Source of the DNA: Hormoscilla sp.
GTDB lineage: Bacteria > Cyanobacteriota > Cyanobacteriia > Cyanobacteriales > Desertifilaceae
Direction of reading: 5' to 3'
Assembly (NCBI GenBank): GCA_051439505.1
Contig: JBFRWI010000208.1
Location: 1-64,000 of the forward strand
DNA length: 64,000 bases
A program made the translations under genes and the position numbers. The notes under the pieces were generated by a model, which was not told the DNA's origin, searched no databases, and worked only from the letters and a program-made list of their open reading frames with translations. Below are positions 21,525-30,840 of this stretch, piece after piece; the first letter of the stretch is position 1, and every line of letters starts with the position of its first letter.

Positions 21525-22091
21525 GTTACCGTTACATAAGACTTACCCAAAGTTGCCCATCACTGGACATCTCTGGAACTTACTTCCTGCTTCACTCTGG
21601 TAGTGTCGGCACTGACCAGTCCACAGGCTAACACCGCCTAACTGGCGGCTATTTCCAAATTAATGGAGGCAGATCTATTTCCAGACCATGTTTTTATTAT
21701 AGCAATCTTTCCGGTGAAAGTTATCCGAGATAACAATAAACTTGACTAATTGGGCGGAACATATCAATTCAATAGGTCACTTAAAAACCGCGATTCTTAC
21801 CCCTACCGGGAACAATGTCCAAAAGTGGACAATAATTTACTTACAGCTTCTCACCCATAGTAGCATGAGTTTCACTTTTGTGGCTGCTGATTTTTCCCAA
21901 GTGCTTGAGATCCGTTCGTAGTAGGGTGTGGCTCCGGAACCCGTTGGTAGTAACCCGAACCCTAAAGGGCCCGGCTACACGGACAAAGCCCGCCTGCGCG
22001 GGCTACACATGTACCTGGCTATCAACTACTTTTGACCACACCGTTCGTAGTAAGACACACTTTACGGCTTCACCGGTGGGCGGTGCCCACC

Positions 22092-23213
22092 CTACGAGTA
22101 CCATATAGATTCTACTTTCTGGGCGATCGCCAATGCCTCATCTCTGTTGGGGGTCTCCAGCAGCACCGTCACGTGACCCAACTTCCGACCGGGACGAGAT
22201 TGAGTCTTACCGTACCAATATACCCGCGAGCCGGGGATGGCGGCCAACTCTTGACGCTTAATAAAATAGTCCCCTGTTGCCACCTCATAACCCAACAAAT
22301 TAATCATGACGGCACCAGTACAGTTTAAGGCCGTATTGCCCACCGGCAGTTGACAGACCATTCTCAGATGCTGCTCAAATTGGGAAGTTTGGCAAGCATC
22401 TAGAGTAAAATGGCCAGAGTTATGGGTCCGAGGGGCAATTTCATTTACCAATAGCTTGCCAGAACTGGTTAAAAATAGCTCAATGCCAAAGACCCCCACC
22501 ACTTCCAGACTGTCCAAAAGGGTGCGGGCGATCGCCTCTATCTGTTCTCTGACAGCTATAGTAATCTGGGCAGGCACCAGTACCCGACGGCAAACTTGGT
22601 CTTCCTGCTGGGTTTCCACCACCGGATAGACCACCACCTCGCCAGTGACAGAACGGGCCGCGATCGCGGCCAACTCCCGTTCAAAAGGGATAAATTCTTC
22701 TAGCAATGCCGGGGTTTGTCCCAGTTGTTGTAAAGTTAAGTCTAGGGCCTGACGGTCTTTCAGGATAAAAGTCCCTTGACCATCATAGCCGTGGCGTCGG
22801 GCCTTGACTACCACCGGGAAAGACCAATCTTGAAGATCTAGTTTTCCATTGAGGGGGATAAACTTAGGAACGGGTACACCCAGTTGCTGCAAGTAACAGC
22901 GCTGATCGTACTTATCTAGCAGTGGGGCTAAAGCCTCCAGTTTGGGGCGAAAACAAACACCCTCGCTGGCCATAGGTTTGAGGGCATCCAGGTTAATAAA
23001 CTCATTTTCAAAGGTAATGACATCACAGCGATCGGCTAGTTGGGCGGTAGCGGCAGCATCATCTATTGGTGCCAGGATGACATCAGCAGCATCCGCCACT
23101 GCTGGATCTGACTTGTTGGGCGTTTGCACCACCAGTTCTATATCCAAAGACTTAGCTGCACCCGCCATCATCCAGGCCAACTGTCCGCCACCGATCACGC
23201 CTACTCGTTTCAC
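22092..23213 (-). CDS. purK: N5-carboxyaminoimidazole ribonucleotide synthase
   Basis: GVIGGGQLA, ITFENEF, GYDGQG, NEIAPRTHNSGH and RPGRKLGHV motifs; GTG start inferred. Confidence 0.96.
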   Translation of the reverse strand: MKRVGVIGGGQLAWMMAGAAKSLDIELVVQTPNKSDPAVADAADVILAPIDDAAATAQLADRCDVITFENEFINLDALKPMASEGVCFRPKLEALAPLLDKYDQRCYLQQLGVPVPKFIPLNGKLDLQDWSFPVVVKARRHGYDGQGTFILKDRQALDLTLQQLGQTPALLEEFIPFERELAAIAARSVTGEVVVYPVVETQQEDQVCRRVLVPAQITIAVREQIEAIARTLLDSLEVVGVFGIELFLTSSGKLLVNEIAPRTHNSGHFTLDACQTSQFEQHLRMVCQLPVGNTALNCTGAVMINLLGYEVATGDYFIKRQELAAIPGSRVYWYGKTQSRPGRKLGHVTVLLETPNRDEALAIAQKVESIWYS

Positions 23214-23398
23214 TTGCTGTTGTCCCTTCCCTCTTAACCTGACAATAATCTTAACCGGACGATCGGGCAACTGCCGATCTATCTTAGTATAGATCGTAGC
23301 CGTCAATTATGCAACACAGAGGCCAACTTCTTTCTCAAATAGTTTTACCCTACCTTAAGGATCGCATTTTTCCCCTCGGACGGAGATATTTGTAGGGG

Positions 23399-23428
23399 TT
23401 GACATTCGATCTAGGGATGGGTTAGAGT
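23399..23428 (+). promoter_or_regulatory. Putative sigma70 promoter of the biosynthetic cluster
   Basis: TTGACA-18 nt-TAGAGT. Confidence 0.4.
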
Positions 23429-23480
23429 GTATATTACCATAAGTAGTAAAAAGAATAGGGAAAATAACGAAGCAAGTCCT

Positions 23481-24911
23481 ATGGTGCAAATTTCGGAAAG
23501 AATTCAGAATATAGAAGAGTCGATCTTTGTCAAGATCGCCGGTCTGGCCAAGAAAGAAAAAGATGCGATCGGGTTTAATACGGGCTCGCCAGGTCATGGT
23601 TGTGCAAGACAGGTGACCGAAGCAATAAATCAGGTTAAGGCCCGGGAAATATCCATCTACCGCACTCCTCACTATGGATCGGAGCAAGGGCGAAAGGACG
23701 CAGCGGAGTATTTCCAGCAGCGGTACGGCATAGAATTAGATCCCCATCGACATATTAATATCACAACGGGGTTTACCCATCTATTCAAATGTCTGTGTGA
23801 AACAATCCTCAATCCTGGAGATACAGCAATTTTTATAGAACCGACCTTTCCCCAATATCAACAGCCAGTTACCCTGGCAGGGGGAAAAATGGTAGTTATC
23901 CCCACCAGTGAGAAAGAAAAGTGGAAACCAAAACCAGAAGCAATAAGAGGGGCATTGAACAACCATCCCGATGCAAAAATGATAGTATTTAACTATCCGA
24001 ATAATCCTTCTGGGGCCACTCTCACGGAGCCAGAGTGGAATGAAATTATCGATGTCTTAATAGAGGCGATCGCCAGCAGTACAAAAGAGAAAAAAGAATT
24101 TCCCCTGGTGCTGCTAGATGAGGCATATGTGCCCCTGTTTCATCGTGGAGAATTGCACGAACATCCCACCTTTGGTTTAACTTTGCATAAAAGGATGCAG
24201 GGGGCAACAGCAGCGGAATTGGCCCGACTGGAAGAGTTGATGGCATCAAGTCTAATAGCCTGTACGATTTCTAAAGAAGGGATGGCAGGGGTGTTGCTGG
24301 GGATGGCAGCGTCCAAGAATGAAAAGCTGATGAAAGCTCTGCGGATACCTCAAAAGGCTAGCGTGATTACTTGCAGTGCGATCGGAGAAATGGCCTTAAG
24401 TGCCATGGTGAAACCGGATCCAGAAGGCACGATGGCTTGGGCGGGAAAGCTTTATGAGAGCAGACTGAATCAATTGGGGAATGGCTTGAATAGCATCTTT
24501 GCAAAACATGGTATAATGGGAGAAAAGCCTGGGAGTTTTATTCCGGAAGCGGGCATGTATCTTTACAGTAACTTTTCGGGGTTGAAGGGCTACAAAATAA
24601 CGGCAGAGTTTTTGTCAAGACTGGAGGAGGTGGCAGCCGGAAAATTGCATCTTGAGGATTTATATATCGATAAGCAGATGCAGACAAATTTGGAAATTGC
24701 TTTGTGGTTGCTATTGTCGGCGAAGGTGTCGGTAGTGCCAATGGGAAGACCAGAAGATTGTTATATTAGGTTTGCAGTGGGTATGGATCGGGCGATGGTG
24801 GAAACGGCAGATTTGGGAGTCGATCGGGAAAAAACAGCAAGCTTAGGGAAAGAGTTGATCGATCGAGCCCTAGTGCAAATTGACGGATCCTTGTCAAAAC
24901 TGATAAAATGA
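23481..24911 (+). CDS. Atypical fold-type-I PLP-dependent enzyme (aminotransferase class I/II)
   Basis: EPTFPQY, NYPNNPSG, DEAY, TISK (PLP Lys) and YIRFA motifs; contains insertions. Confidence 0.85.
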   Translation: MVQISERIQNIEESIFVKIAGLAKKEKDAIGFNTGSPGHGCARQVTEAINQVKAREISIYRTPHYGSEQGRKDAAEYFQQRYGIELDPHRHINITTGFTHLFKCLCETILNPGDTAIFIEPTFPQYQQPVTLAGGKMVVIPTSEKEKWKPKPEAIRGALNNHPDAKMIVFNYPNNPSGATLTEPEWNEIIDVLIEAIASSTKEKKEFPLVLLDEAYVPLFHRGELHEHPTFGLTLHKRMQGATAAELARLEELMASSLIACTISKEGMAGVLLGMAASKNEKLMKALRIPQKASVITCSAIGEMALSAMVKPDPEGTMAWAGKLYESRLNQLGNGLNSIFAKHGIMGEKPGSFIPEAGMYLYSNFSGLKGYKITAEFLSRLEEVAAGKLHLEDLYIDKQMQTNLEIALWLLLSAKVSVVPMGRPEDCYIRFAVGMDRAMVETADLGVDREKTASLGKELIDRALVQIDGSLSKLIK

Positions 24912-24948
24912 ACAGCATCAGTTCCGGAATTTAAGGAGGCAGAAGAAA

Positions 24949-26391
24949 ATGTCAAGGAACCAACTAGAAATTATAGAACTGAAAGAAGAAACGCAAGCAG
25001 AAATCGCTGAGTATTTGATGGATGTAGCCCGCAAAGGGTACGATGTCCAAGAATTCGATCCCCAGCTCAAATATGGGGGCACCAAGGGTTCCCTGTCCCA
25101 ACAGGAGGGCTATTATCCAGACTGCAACCTGGTGGAACTGAAAAAATTAGGCTATGCAGTCACGGAAATTCTGCAAGAAAAGGGAGAAGCAGAAGCTTTA
25201 GCTTGCTTCAAAGGGTACCGGGAATTATTCTCGTCGTCTGGCGGAGATGGCGTGGAGGCGGGAATGCCGTACATTCAGAAAATTAAAGTTCTGCCAGAGT
25301 GGCTGTTTGCAGATATCAATACGGCAGATTTGATTGCCCCCAACGGGTTCCGGATACCAGAACATCTGAACACTTGGAAAGAGATCCGGGAATATTCAGC
25401 TAAGTTGCTAGTGCCGAAACTACTCCTGGCGGCAATAAGCGGCATCCACAACCAATGCCCCTGGATGGATCTAGACATGGATCTGAACTCCACGATGCAC
25501 ACGATGCGACCAGATCCAGACAAATATCATGTGAATGCTGGGTATGGAGGTGGCTATATCAAGCAGCACACCGATGGCTATTGGAACGATCGCAGTAACG
25601 TGCCTCTGATTATAGTTTTTCTGAGCATTAGCAATCCCAACCAGGAACCAACCGGTTTTATCCCGGTGGAGGCCATTTTTCGGATTCCCTCCCCAAATTC
25701 TCCAATTTACGATGACTGGCGTGGGGTCTTCCAGGATTTGATTCCACCGGGGAAAAGTCCCGAACAATTCGTGGAATGGGTGGTTTCCGAAGCCACGAAA
25801 CCTCAGTTTTCCTTTATTATGGGCGTACTGGGTGGGGATGCTCAGCGAGGGGTTTACGAGACTCCCCTGTTAGAGAAGGATCCCAAGTATGGTGGCTACC
25901 TGTTTCGCGCGAAATCAACCTTTAAGGCTTCCAATCCCCATGCAGAACCGGTGGTAGAATTCACGAATCGCACGATCGAGTTTTTGGGCAGCCAGAAAAG
26001 TCCAGATACATATATGGAAGTGTCCCTATCACCGGGAGAAGTATATCTGGCTCTGAATGGGGCGGGATTATCAATCAATCCCCATCCTGAATATGAAGCG
26101 GATGGTTACGCATATCCTGTAAAAGGCGCGGCAACGATTCACGGCAGGGGGAAATTGACCGCGATCGATGGTAAAATTCACAGGACATTGGCACGGGGGA
26201 ATAGTTTACTCGGTGGGGAAAGAACTTTTTACGCCCCAGATGATGGAGCAGATCTGCTGCTAGAGGAGTTGCAAAAAGCGGCTCCCGATGCTAGGCTAGG
26301 AGCGCTGGATCGAAATAGCTTATTTCCAGACAAGGGAGTTGTGAGGGAGCTGCTCCAGGCAGGGATTCGCGGTAACCTATTGAAACGATAA
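24949..26391 (+). CDS. Divergent clavaminate synthase/TauD-like Fe(II)/2-oxoglutarate oxygenase
   Basis: HxD motif QHTDG, distal IHGRG and following RTLAR. Confidence 0.7.
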   Translation: MSRNQLEIIELKEETQAEIAEYLMDVARKGYDVQEFDPQLKYGGTKGSLSQQEGYYPDCNLVELKKLGYAVTEILQEKGEAEALACFKGYRELFSSSGGDGVEAGMPYIQKIKVLPEWLFADINTADLIAPNGFRIPEHLNTWKEIREYSAKLLVPKLLLAAISGIHNQCPWMDLDMDLNSTMHTMRPDPDKYHVNAGYGGGYIKQHTDGYWNDRSNVPLIIVFLSISNPNQEPTGFIPVEAIFRIPSPNSPIYDDWRGVFQDLIPPGKSPEQFVEWVVSEATKPQFSFIMGVLGGDAQRGVYETPLLEKDPKYGGYLFRAKSTFKASNPHAEPVVEFTNRTIEFLGSQKSPDTYMEVSLSPGEVYLALNGAGLSINPHPEYEADGYAYPVKGAATIHGRGKLTAIDGKIHRTLARGNSLLGGERTFYAPDDGADLLLEELQKAAPDARLGALDRNSLFPDKGVVRELLQAGIRGNLLKR

Positions 26392-26557
26392 CTAAGCTGC
26401 CGCGCATTTAAATTGCATAGGCAGAAACGCGCTCAACCATTGTTATCAAGGGCTTTCGGAATTTGGAATTTGGAATTTGGAATTTGGAATTGCTTAAGGT
26501 ATGGCCTGGCCTTGGGCCAGGCAGAAAAATCAGTCGAGAGGTAGAGAAACAGCAAGG

Positions 26558-27400
26558 ATGGATAATAATTCAGGAACGGATAGGTTTAATCAAGGCTATT
26601 TTGACAGTAAAGAGATAGATGATTTTTACAGAAGAGTGGTGGGGGATCATACCCATTGTGGAATCTTCGAGCAGAAGGATGAAGATGTACTTATTGCCAA
26701 AAAGCGGACGACAGAATACATGGCAGATTTGCTGCCATTAAATAAAGATAGTCACGTTCTCGATTTGGGATCGGGATATGGTGGAGCAGCAAGATATTTA
26801 GCAAAAAAATACGGCTGTAAGGTATCTTGTTTGAACCTCAGCGAACAACAGAATGCCCTCAATGTCGAACGCAATGTTATGGAGGGTCTGGGGGAGTTAA
26901 TCCAGCTGTATCAAGGTAGCTTTGAAAAATTGCCCTTTCCCGAGGAGAAATTTAATATAGTTTGGACCCAGGATGCCCTCTTCTACAGCGATACTCAATT
27001 GCAAGCTTTTAAAGAAGCCCATCGAGTTTTAGTCAAGGGTGGTGAATTTTTGGCCTGCAGTTATTTCTTCAGTGGCGAGCGTCCTTCCTCAGAAGATGTG
27101 AAGAAGGTGGTAGACTGGTATACGGGAGGGATTCACAAAGTATATTTTTTGCACCTAAATGATTATCGAGAGGTGGCCAAGGAAATTGGCATGTATGAGG
27201 TGGAAGCGATCGAGTTAACGGAGCAGGTGTCGGTGAACTATTTGCAACTATTGAAAAAGATGGAGGATCTTCAGGCAAGGGAACAGCTTTGGAGTGAAGA
27301 GTTTTTTGATAAAAAGAAGCAAAGGTTACTTGATTGTTCTGAAGTGGGCAAAAGTGGATTATTGCAATGGGGAATGTTGCACTATCGGAAACAGAGATAG
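26558..27400 (+). CDS. SAM-dependent methyltransferase, sarcosine/dimethylglycine N-methyltransferase-like (copy 1)
   Basis: HTHCGIF, VLDLGSGYGGAARYLA, CLNLSEQQN, GSFEKLPF and WTQDALFY motifs. Confidence 0.88.
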   Translation: MDNNSGTDRFNQGYFDSKEIDDFYRRVVGDHTHCGIFEQKDEDVLIAKKRTTEYMADLLPLNKDSHVLDLGSGYGGAARYLAKKYGCKVSCLNLSEQQNALNVERNVMEGLGELIQLYQGSFEKLPFPEEKFNIVWTQDALFYSDTQLQAFKEAHRVLVKGGEFLACSYFFSGERPSSEDVKKVVDWYTGGIHKVYFLHLNDYREVAKEIGMYEVEAIELTEQVSVNYLQLLKKMEDLQAREQLWSEEFFDKKKQRLLDCSEVGKSGLLQWGMLHYRKQR

Positions 27401-27633
27401 AACGAAATAGAACGAAAGCATGTCAACCTTTCCAGGCAGGGATTCGCGGTAACCTATTGAAACGATAACTAAGCTGCCGCGCATTTAAATTGCATAGGCA
27501 GAAACGCGCTCAACCATTGTTATCAAGGGCTTTCGGAATTTTGAATTTTGAATTTTGAATTTTGAATTGCTTAAGGTATGACCTGGCTTTGGCCAGGCAG
27601 AAAAATCAGTCGAGAGGTAGAGAAAAAGCAAGG

Positions 27634-28476
27634 ATGGATAATAATTCAGCAACGGATAGGTTTAATCAAGGCTATTTTGACAGCAAAGAGATAGATAATT
27701 TTTACAGAAGAGTGGTGGGCGATCATACCCATTGTGGAATCTTCGAGCAGAAGGATGAAGATGTACTTATTGCCAAAAAGCGGACGACAGAATACATGGC
27801 ATCTTTGCTGCCATTAAATAAAGATAGTCACGTTCTCGATTTGGGATCGGGATATGGTGGAGCAGCAAGATATTTAGCCAAAAAATACGGCTGTAAGGTA
27901 TCTTGTTTGAACCTCAGCGAACAACAGAATGCTATCAATGTTGAACGCAATCAAGAGGAGGGTCTGAGGGATCTAGTCCAGGTCTATCAAGGGAGCTTTG
28001 AAAAATTGCCCTTTCCCGAGGAGAAATTTAATATAGCTTGGAGCCAGGATGCCCTCTACTACAGCGATACTCAATTGCAAGCTTTGAGAGAAGCTCATCG
28101 AGTTTTAGTCAAGGGTGGTGAATTTTTGGCCTGCACTTATTTCTTCAGTGGCGATCGTCCTTCCTCAGAAGATGTGAAGAAGGTGGTAGACTGGTATACG
28201 GGAGGAATTCACAAAGTATATTTTTTGCACCTAAATGATTACCGAGATGTGGCCAAGGAAATTGGCATGTATGAGGTGGAAGCGATCGAGTTAACGGAGC
28301 AGGTTTCGGTGAACTATTTGCAAGTATTGAAAAAGATGGAGGATATTCAGGCAAAGGAACAGCTCTGGAGTGAAGAGTTTTTTGAGAAAAAGAAGCAACG
28401 GCTACTTGATTGTTCGGAAGTGGGCAAAAGTGGATTATTGCAATGGGGAATCTTGCATTATCGGAAAGAAAATTGA
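27634..28476 (+). CDS. SAM-dependent methyltransferase, sarcosine/dimethylglycine N-methyltransferase-like (copy 2)
   Basis: Paralog of copy 1; WSQDALYY. Confidence 0.88.
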   Translation: MDNNSATDRFNQGYFDSKEIDNFYRRVVGDHTHCGIFEQKDEDVLIAKKRTTEYMASLLPLNKDSHVLDLGSGYGGAARYLAKKYGCKVSCLNLSEQQNAINVERNQEEGLRDLVQVYQGSFEKLPFPEEKFNIAWSQDALYYSDTQLQALREAHRVLVKGGEFLACTYFFSGDRPSSEDVKKVVDWYTGGIHKVYFLHLNDYRDVAKEIGMYEVEAIELTEQVSVNYLQVLKKMEDIQAKEQLWSEEFFEKKKQRLLDCSEVGKSGLLQWGILHYRKEN

Positions 28477-28634
28477 TGAAAGCAGGAATTGTTCGAGATT
28501 AACAAGTTCGGTGATATCGGGTGGAGATTTGGCGGCCATAGCAGCGTGGTCCAAAGGTGAAAGGGCATCAGTACCCAGAAAACTCGGGCGGAAAATTGCT
28601 ACAATCATGATAATTATCGAGTTATGAGAGGATC

Positions 28635-28997
28635 GTGATGAATTTCTTAACTTTGGTGCTGGCTGCTATCTCCCTAGGAATTACAGCCTCTCTTGTCCCA
28701 GGTCTGGCGATCGCCAGTTGGGAGGGGGCCGTCATCGGGGTGATTGCCATAGTGATTGTCATGACGTTGGCCAATGGGATTGCCAAACCCATTCTGAAAA
28801 TTATCAAAAAGCCTGAAAACATCTTAACCTTGAGTCTAATGAGGTTTGCGCTCATTGCGATCGGGCTTTTGCTGGCGGGATACTTCACTAACGACTATTT
28901 TATAGTTAAGGGTTTGGTACCGGCCTTCTTGGGGGCGATCGTTCTGTCTGTGGTTTATGGCTCGATCGACTGGTTTGTCAGCGGGGAAGAGGCTTGA
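28635..28997 (+). CDS. Diverged YvlD/DUF360 ('phage holin family') 4-TM protein
   Basis: Paralog of 29152-29502 with the same upstream sequence. Confidence 0.7.
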   Translation: MMNFLTLVLAAISLGITASLVPGLAIASWEGAVIGVIAIVIVMTLANGIAKPILKIIKKPENILTLSLMRFALIAIGLLLAGYFTNDYFIVKGLVPAFLGAIVLSVVYGSIDWFVSGEEA

Positions 28998-29151
28998 GGT
29001 GATGGGTTCGCAGTCAGGGCTAAAGCGCTAGTAGAGATCGGCGGCGCAGATAGGGCCCTAGGGCGGTCCGGAGGTGAAACAGTATTAGCGAACCTTCCCT
29101 ACGGGGGGCGGAAAATCGCTATAATCATGATAATCGAGTTATGAGAGGATC

Positions 29152-29502
29152 ATGCTTAATTTCATCTTAACTTGGGTGCTGGCTGCTATCTCCCTAGCAA
29201 TTACAGCCTATCTCGTCCCGGGTCTGGCGATCGCCAGTTGGCAGGCCGCCGCCATCGCTGTGGTGGTGATGGGGTTGGTGAATGCGATCGTCAAACCCAT
29301 TCTGACAATTCTTACCTTGCCCTTAACCATCTTAAGCTTGGGTCTGTTTCTGTTGGTGATTAATGCCATCAGCATTTCGATGGTCGGATACTTCACTCCC
29401 GGTTTTACAGTTAATGGTTTTTTCCCGGCCTTGTTTGGTTCGATCGTTCTGTCTGTGGTTTCCGGGTTGATAAATCAGTTGGCTAGTGCGATCGAGGCTT
29501 AA
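29152..29502 (+). CDS. YvlD/DUF360 ('phage holin family') 4-TM protein
   Basis: VNAIVKPILTILTLPLTILSLGLFLLVINA signature. Confidence 0.9.
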   Translation: MLNFILTWVLAAISLAITAYLVPGLAIASWQAAAIAVVVMGLVNAIVKPILTILTLPLTILSLGLFLLVINAISISMVGYFTPGFTVNGFFPALFGSIVLSVVSGLINQLASAIEA

Positions 29503-29571
29503 GGTGATTCGTTAACTTTCGTGGTGGGCGGTGCCCACCCTACAAATTTTGAAGGAATATCCCCTCGGAGT

Positions 29572-30351
29572 ATGACTGAAACATTAACTCAAATAGGTCT
29601 GCCTCCTCAATTTCCCGACCACACGCAACTACCCGAAGAGGATGGTACGTTTGGGAAAAACTTTCACCGAACTCCCCAAAGTTTGATTCTGACAGACTCT
29701 ATTGGTCCCGTTTTGGAGCGACTTCATCCCGACGGACAGTATGCTATTGGACAAGACTGTGGCATCTATTGGCGAGAAGCTGACCCGCCAGAAAAAGGTG
29801 CCGAAGCGCCTGATTGGTTCTATGTCCCCAATGTCCCCCCTAAGCTAAAGGGTAAAATTCGCCGTTCTTACGTGCTGTGGCGGGAATACCAAGCACCTTT
29901 GATTGCTTTGGAGTTCGCTAGTGGCAATGGTAAAGAGGAACGAGAGACAACTCCTCTGGCTTTGGCTGCCAAAAGTGTGAAACAAAAGCCGGGCAAGTTT
30001 TGGGTGTATGAGAAGATTATCAGGATTCCTTACTATGGCATATTTCAAATCAGCAATAGCCAGTTATTGGTCTATCATCTGGTAGATTTTGTTTATCAGA
30101 AACTGGAACCGAACTCGCGAGGTCACTATCCGATCGAGTCATTAGAAGTAGAGTTGGGACTCTGGCAAGGAAGCTATCAGAATCAAACACAGTCCTGGCT
30201 GCGTTGGTGGGATTTGCAGGGAAATCTGTTGTTGACTGGTTCCGAACGAGCCGAACTGGAAAAACAAAAAACTGCACGGGCTGAAGCTAAAGCCGCACGA
30301 CTGGCAGAAAAGCTACGGGCATTGGGTGTTGACCCTGATGCGGAAGAATAA
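29572..30351 (+). CDS. Uma2 family endonuclease
   Basis: PDHTQLP, GQDCGIYW, APDWFYVP, RRSYVLW and WLRWWD motifs. Confidence 0.92.
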   Translation: MTETLTQIGLPPQFPDHTQLPEEDGTFGKNFHRTPQSLILTDSIGPVLERLHPDGQYAIGQDCGIYWREADPPEKGAEAPDWFYVPNVPPKLKGKIRRSYVLWREYQAPLIALEFASGNGKEERETTPLALAAKSVKQKPGKFWVYEKIIRIPYYGIFQISNSQLLVYHLVDFVYQKLEPNSRGHYPIESLEVELGLWQGSYQNQTQSWLRWWDLQGNLLLTGSERAELEKQKTARAEAKAARLAEKLRALGVDPDAEE

Positions 30352-30534
30352 CGTTCCCAGGTAAATCGCCGCACCCTCAAGGGTGCGGCTACAGTTACAA
30401 AGCCCGCCTGCGCGGGCTGGCGATCGGGCGATCGGGCAATTGACAATTATAGTGCTAAAATCGAGGGATTTGGTGGGCAGTGGTATCCTAGCATATTGTA
30501 GAATATAACAATCCATACTATAATCACAACTCTC

Positions 30535-30840
30535 ATGAGCAAGTCAGCCGTGCAAACCCTGACAGACATTGGTACAATGATTGTGAGAACGCCGGGAACC
30601 TGCGGCGGGCGTCCCCGAATTGCCGGACACCGAATTACAGTTCATAACATTGTCATCGACTTTCAGGCGGGAATGAAGCCAGAAGAGATAGTCTCGGAAA
30701 GATCGCAGCTAACCTTGGCCCAGGTTTATGCGGCACTTGCATATTATTATGCTAACAAAGAGGCGATCGAAGCAGAGATTGCCGCCGAGGATGATCTATG
30801 CGATCGTTGGGAAGCTGAGTATAGGGCTAAAATGCAATGA
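30535..30840 (+). CDS. DUF433 domain antitoxin
   Basis: CGGRPRIAGHRITV and LTLAQVYAALAYY motifs. Confidence 0.9.
   Translation: MSKSAVQTLTDIGTMIVRTPGTCGGRPRIAGHRITVHNIVIDFQAGMKPEEIVSERSQLTLAQVYAALAYYYANKEAIEAEIAAEDDLCDRWEAEYRAKMQ

Larger units (their letters stand above)
26354..28476 (+). repeat. Tandem duplication with a ~1077-bp period (oxygenase 3' end, intergenic region and methyltransferase)
   Basis: TCCAGGCAGGGATTCGCGGTAACC... begins at both 26354 and 27431. Confidence 0.95.

Noticed and set aside
24949..26391. Fe/2OG halogenase
   Set aside because: The HxD Asp is retained, whereas halogenases have HxG or HxA
26558..28476. Canonical glycine betaine GSMT-SDMT operon
   Set aside because: Both genes are near-identical SDMT-like paralogues; no GSMT is present, and the SDMT 'LH' after QDA is replaced by FY/YY
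28635..29502. Prophage lysis module
   Set aside because: YvlD-type genes are common chromosomal genes; no endolysin or other phage genes are nearby
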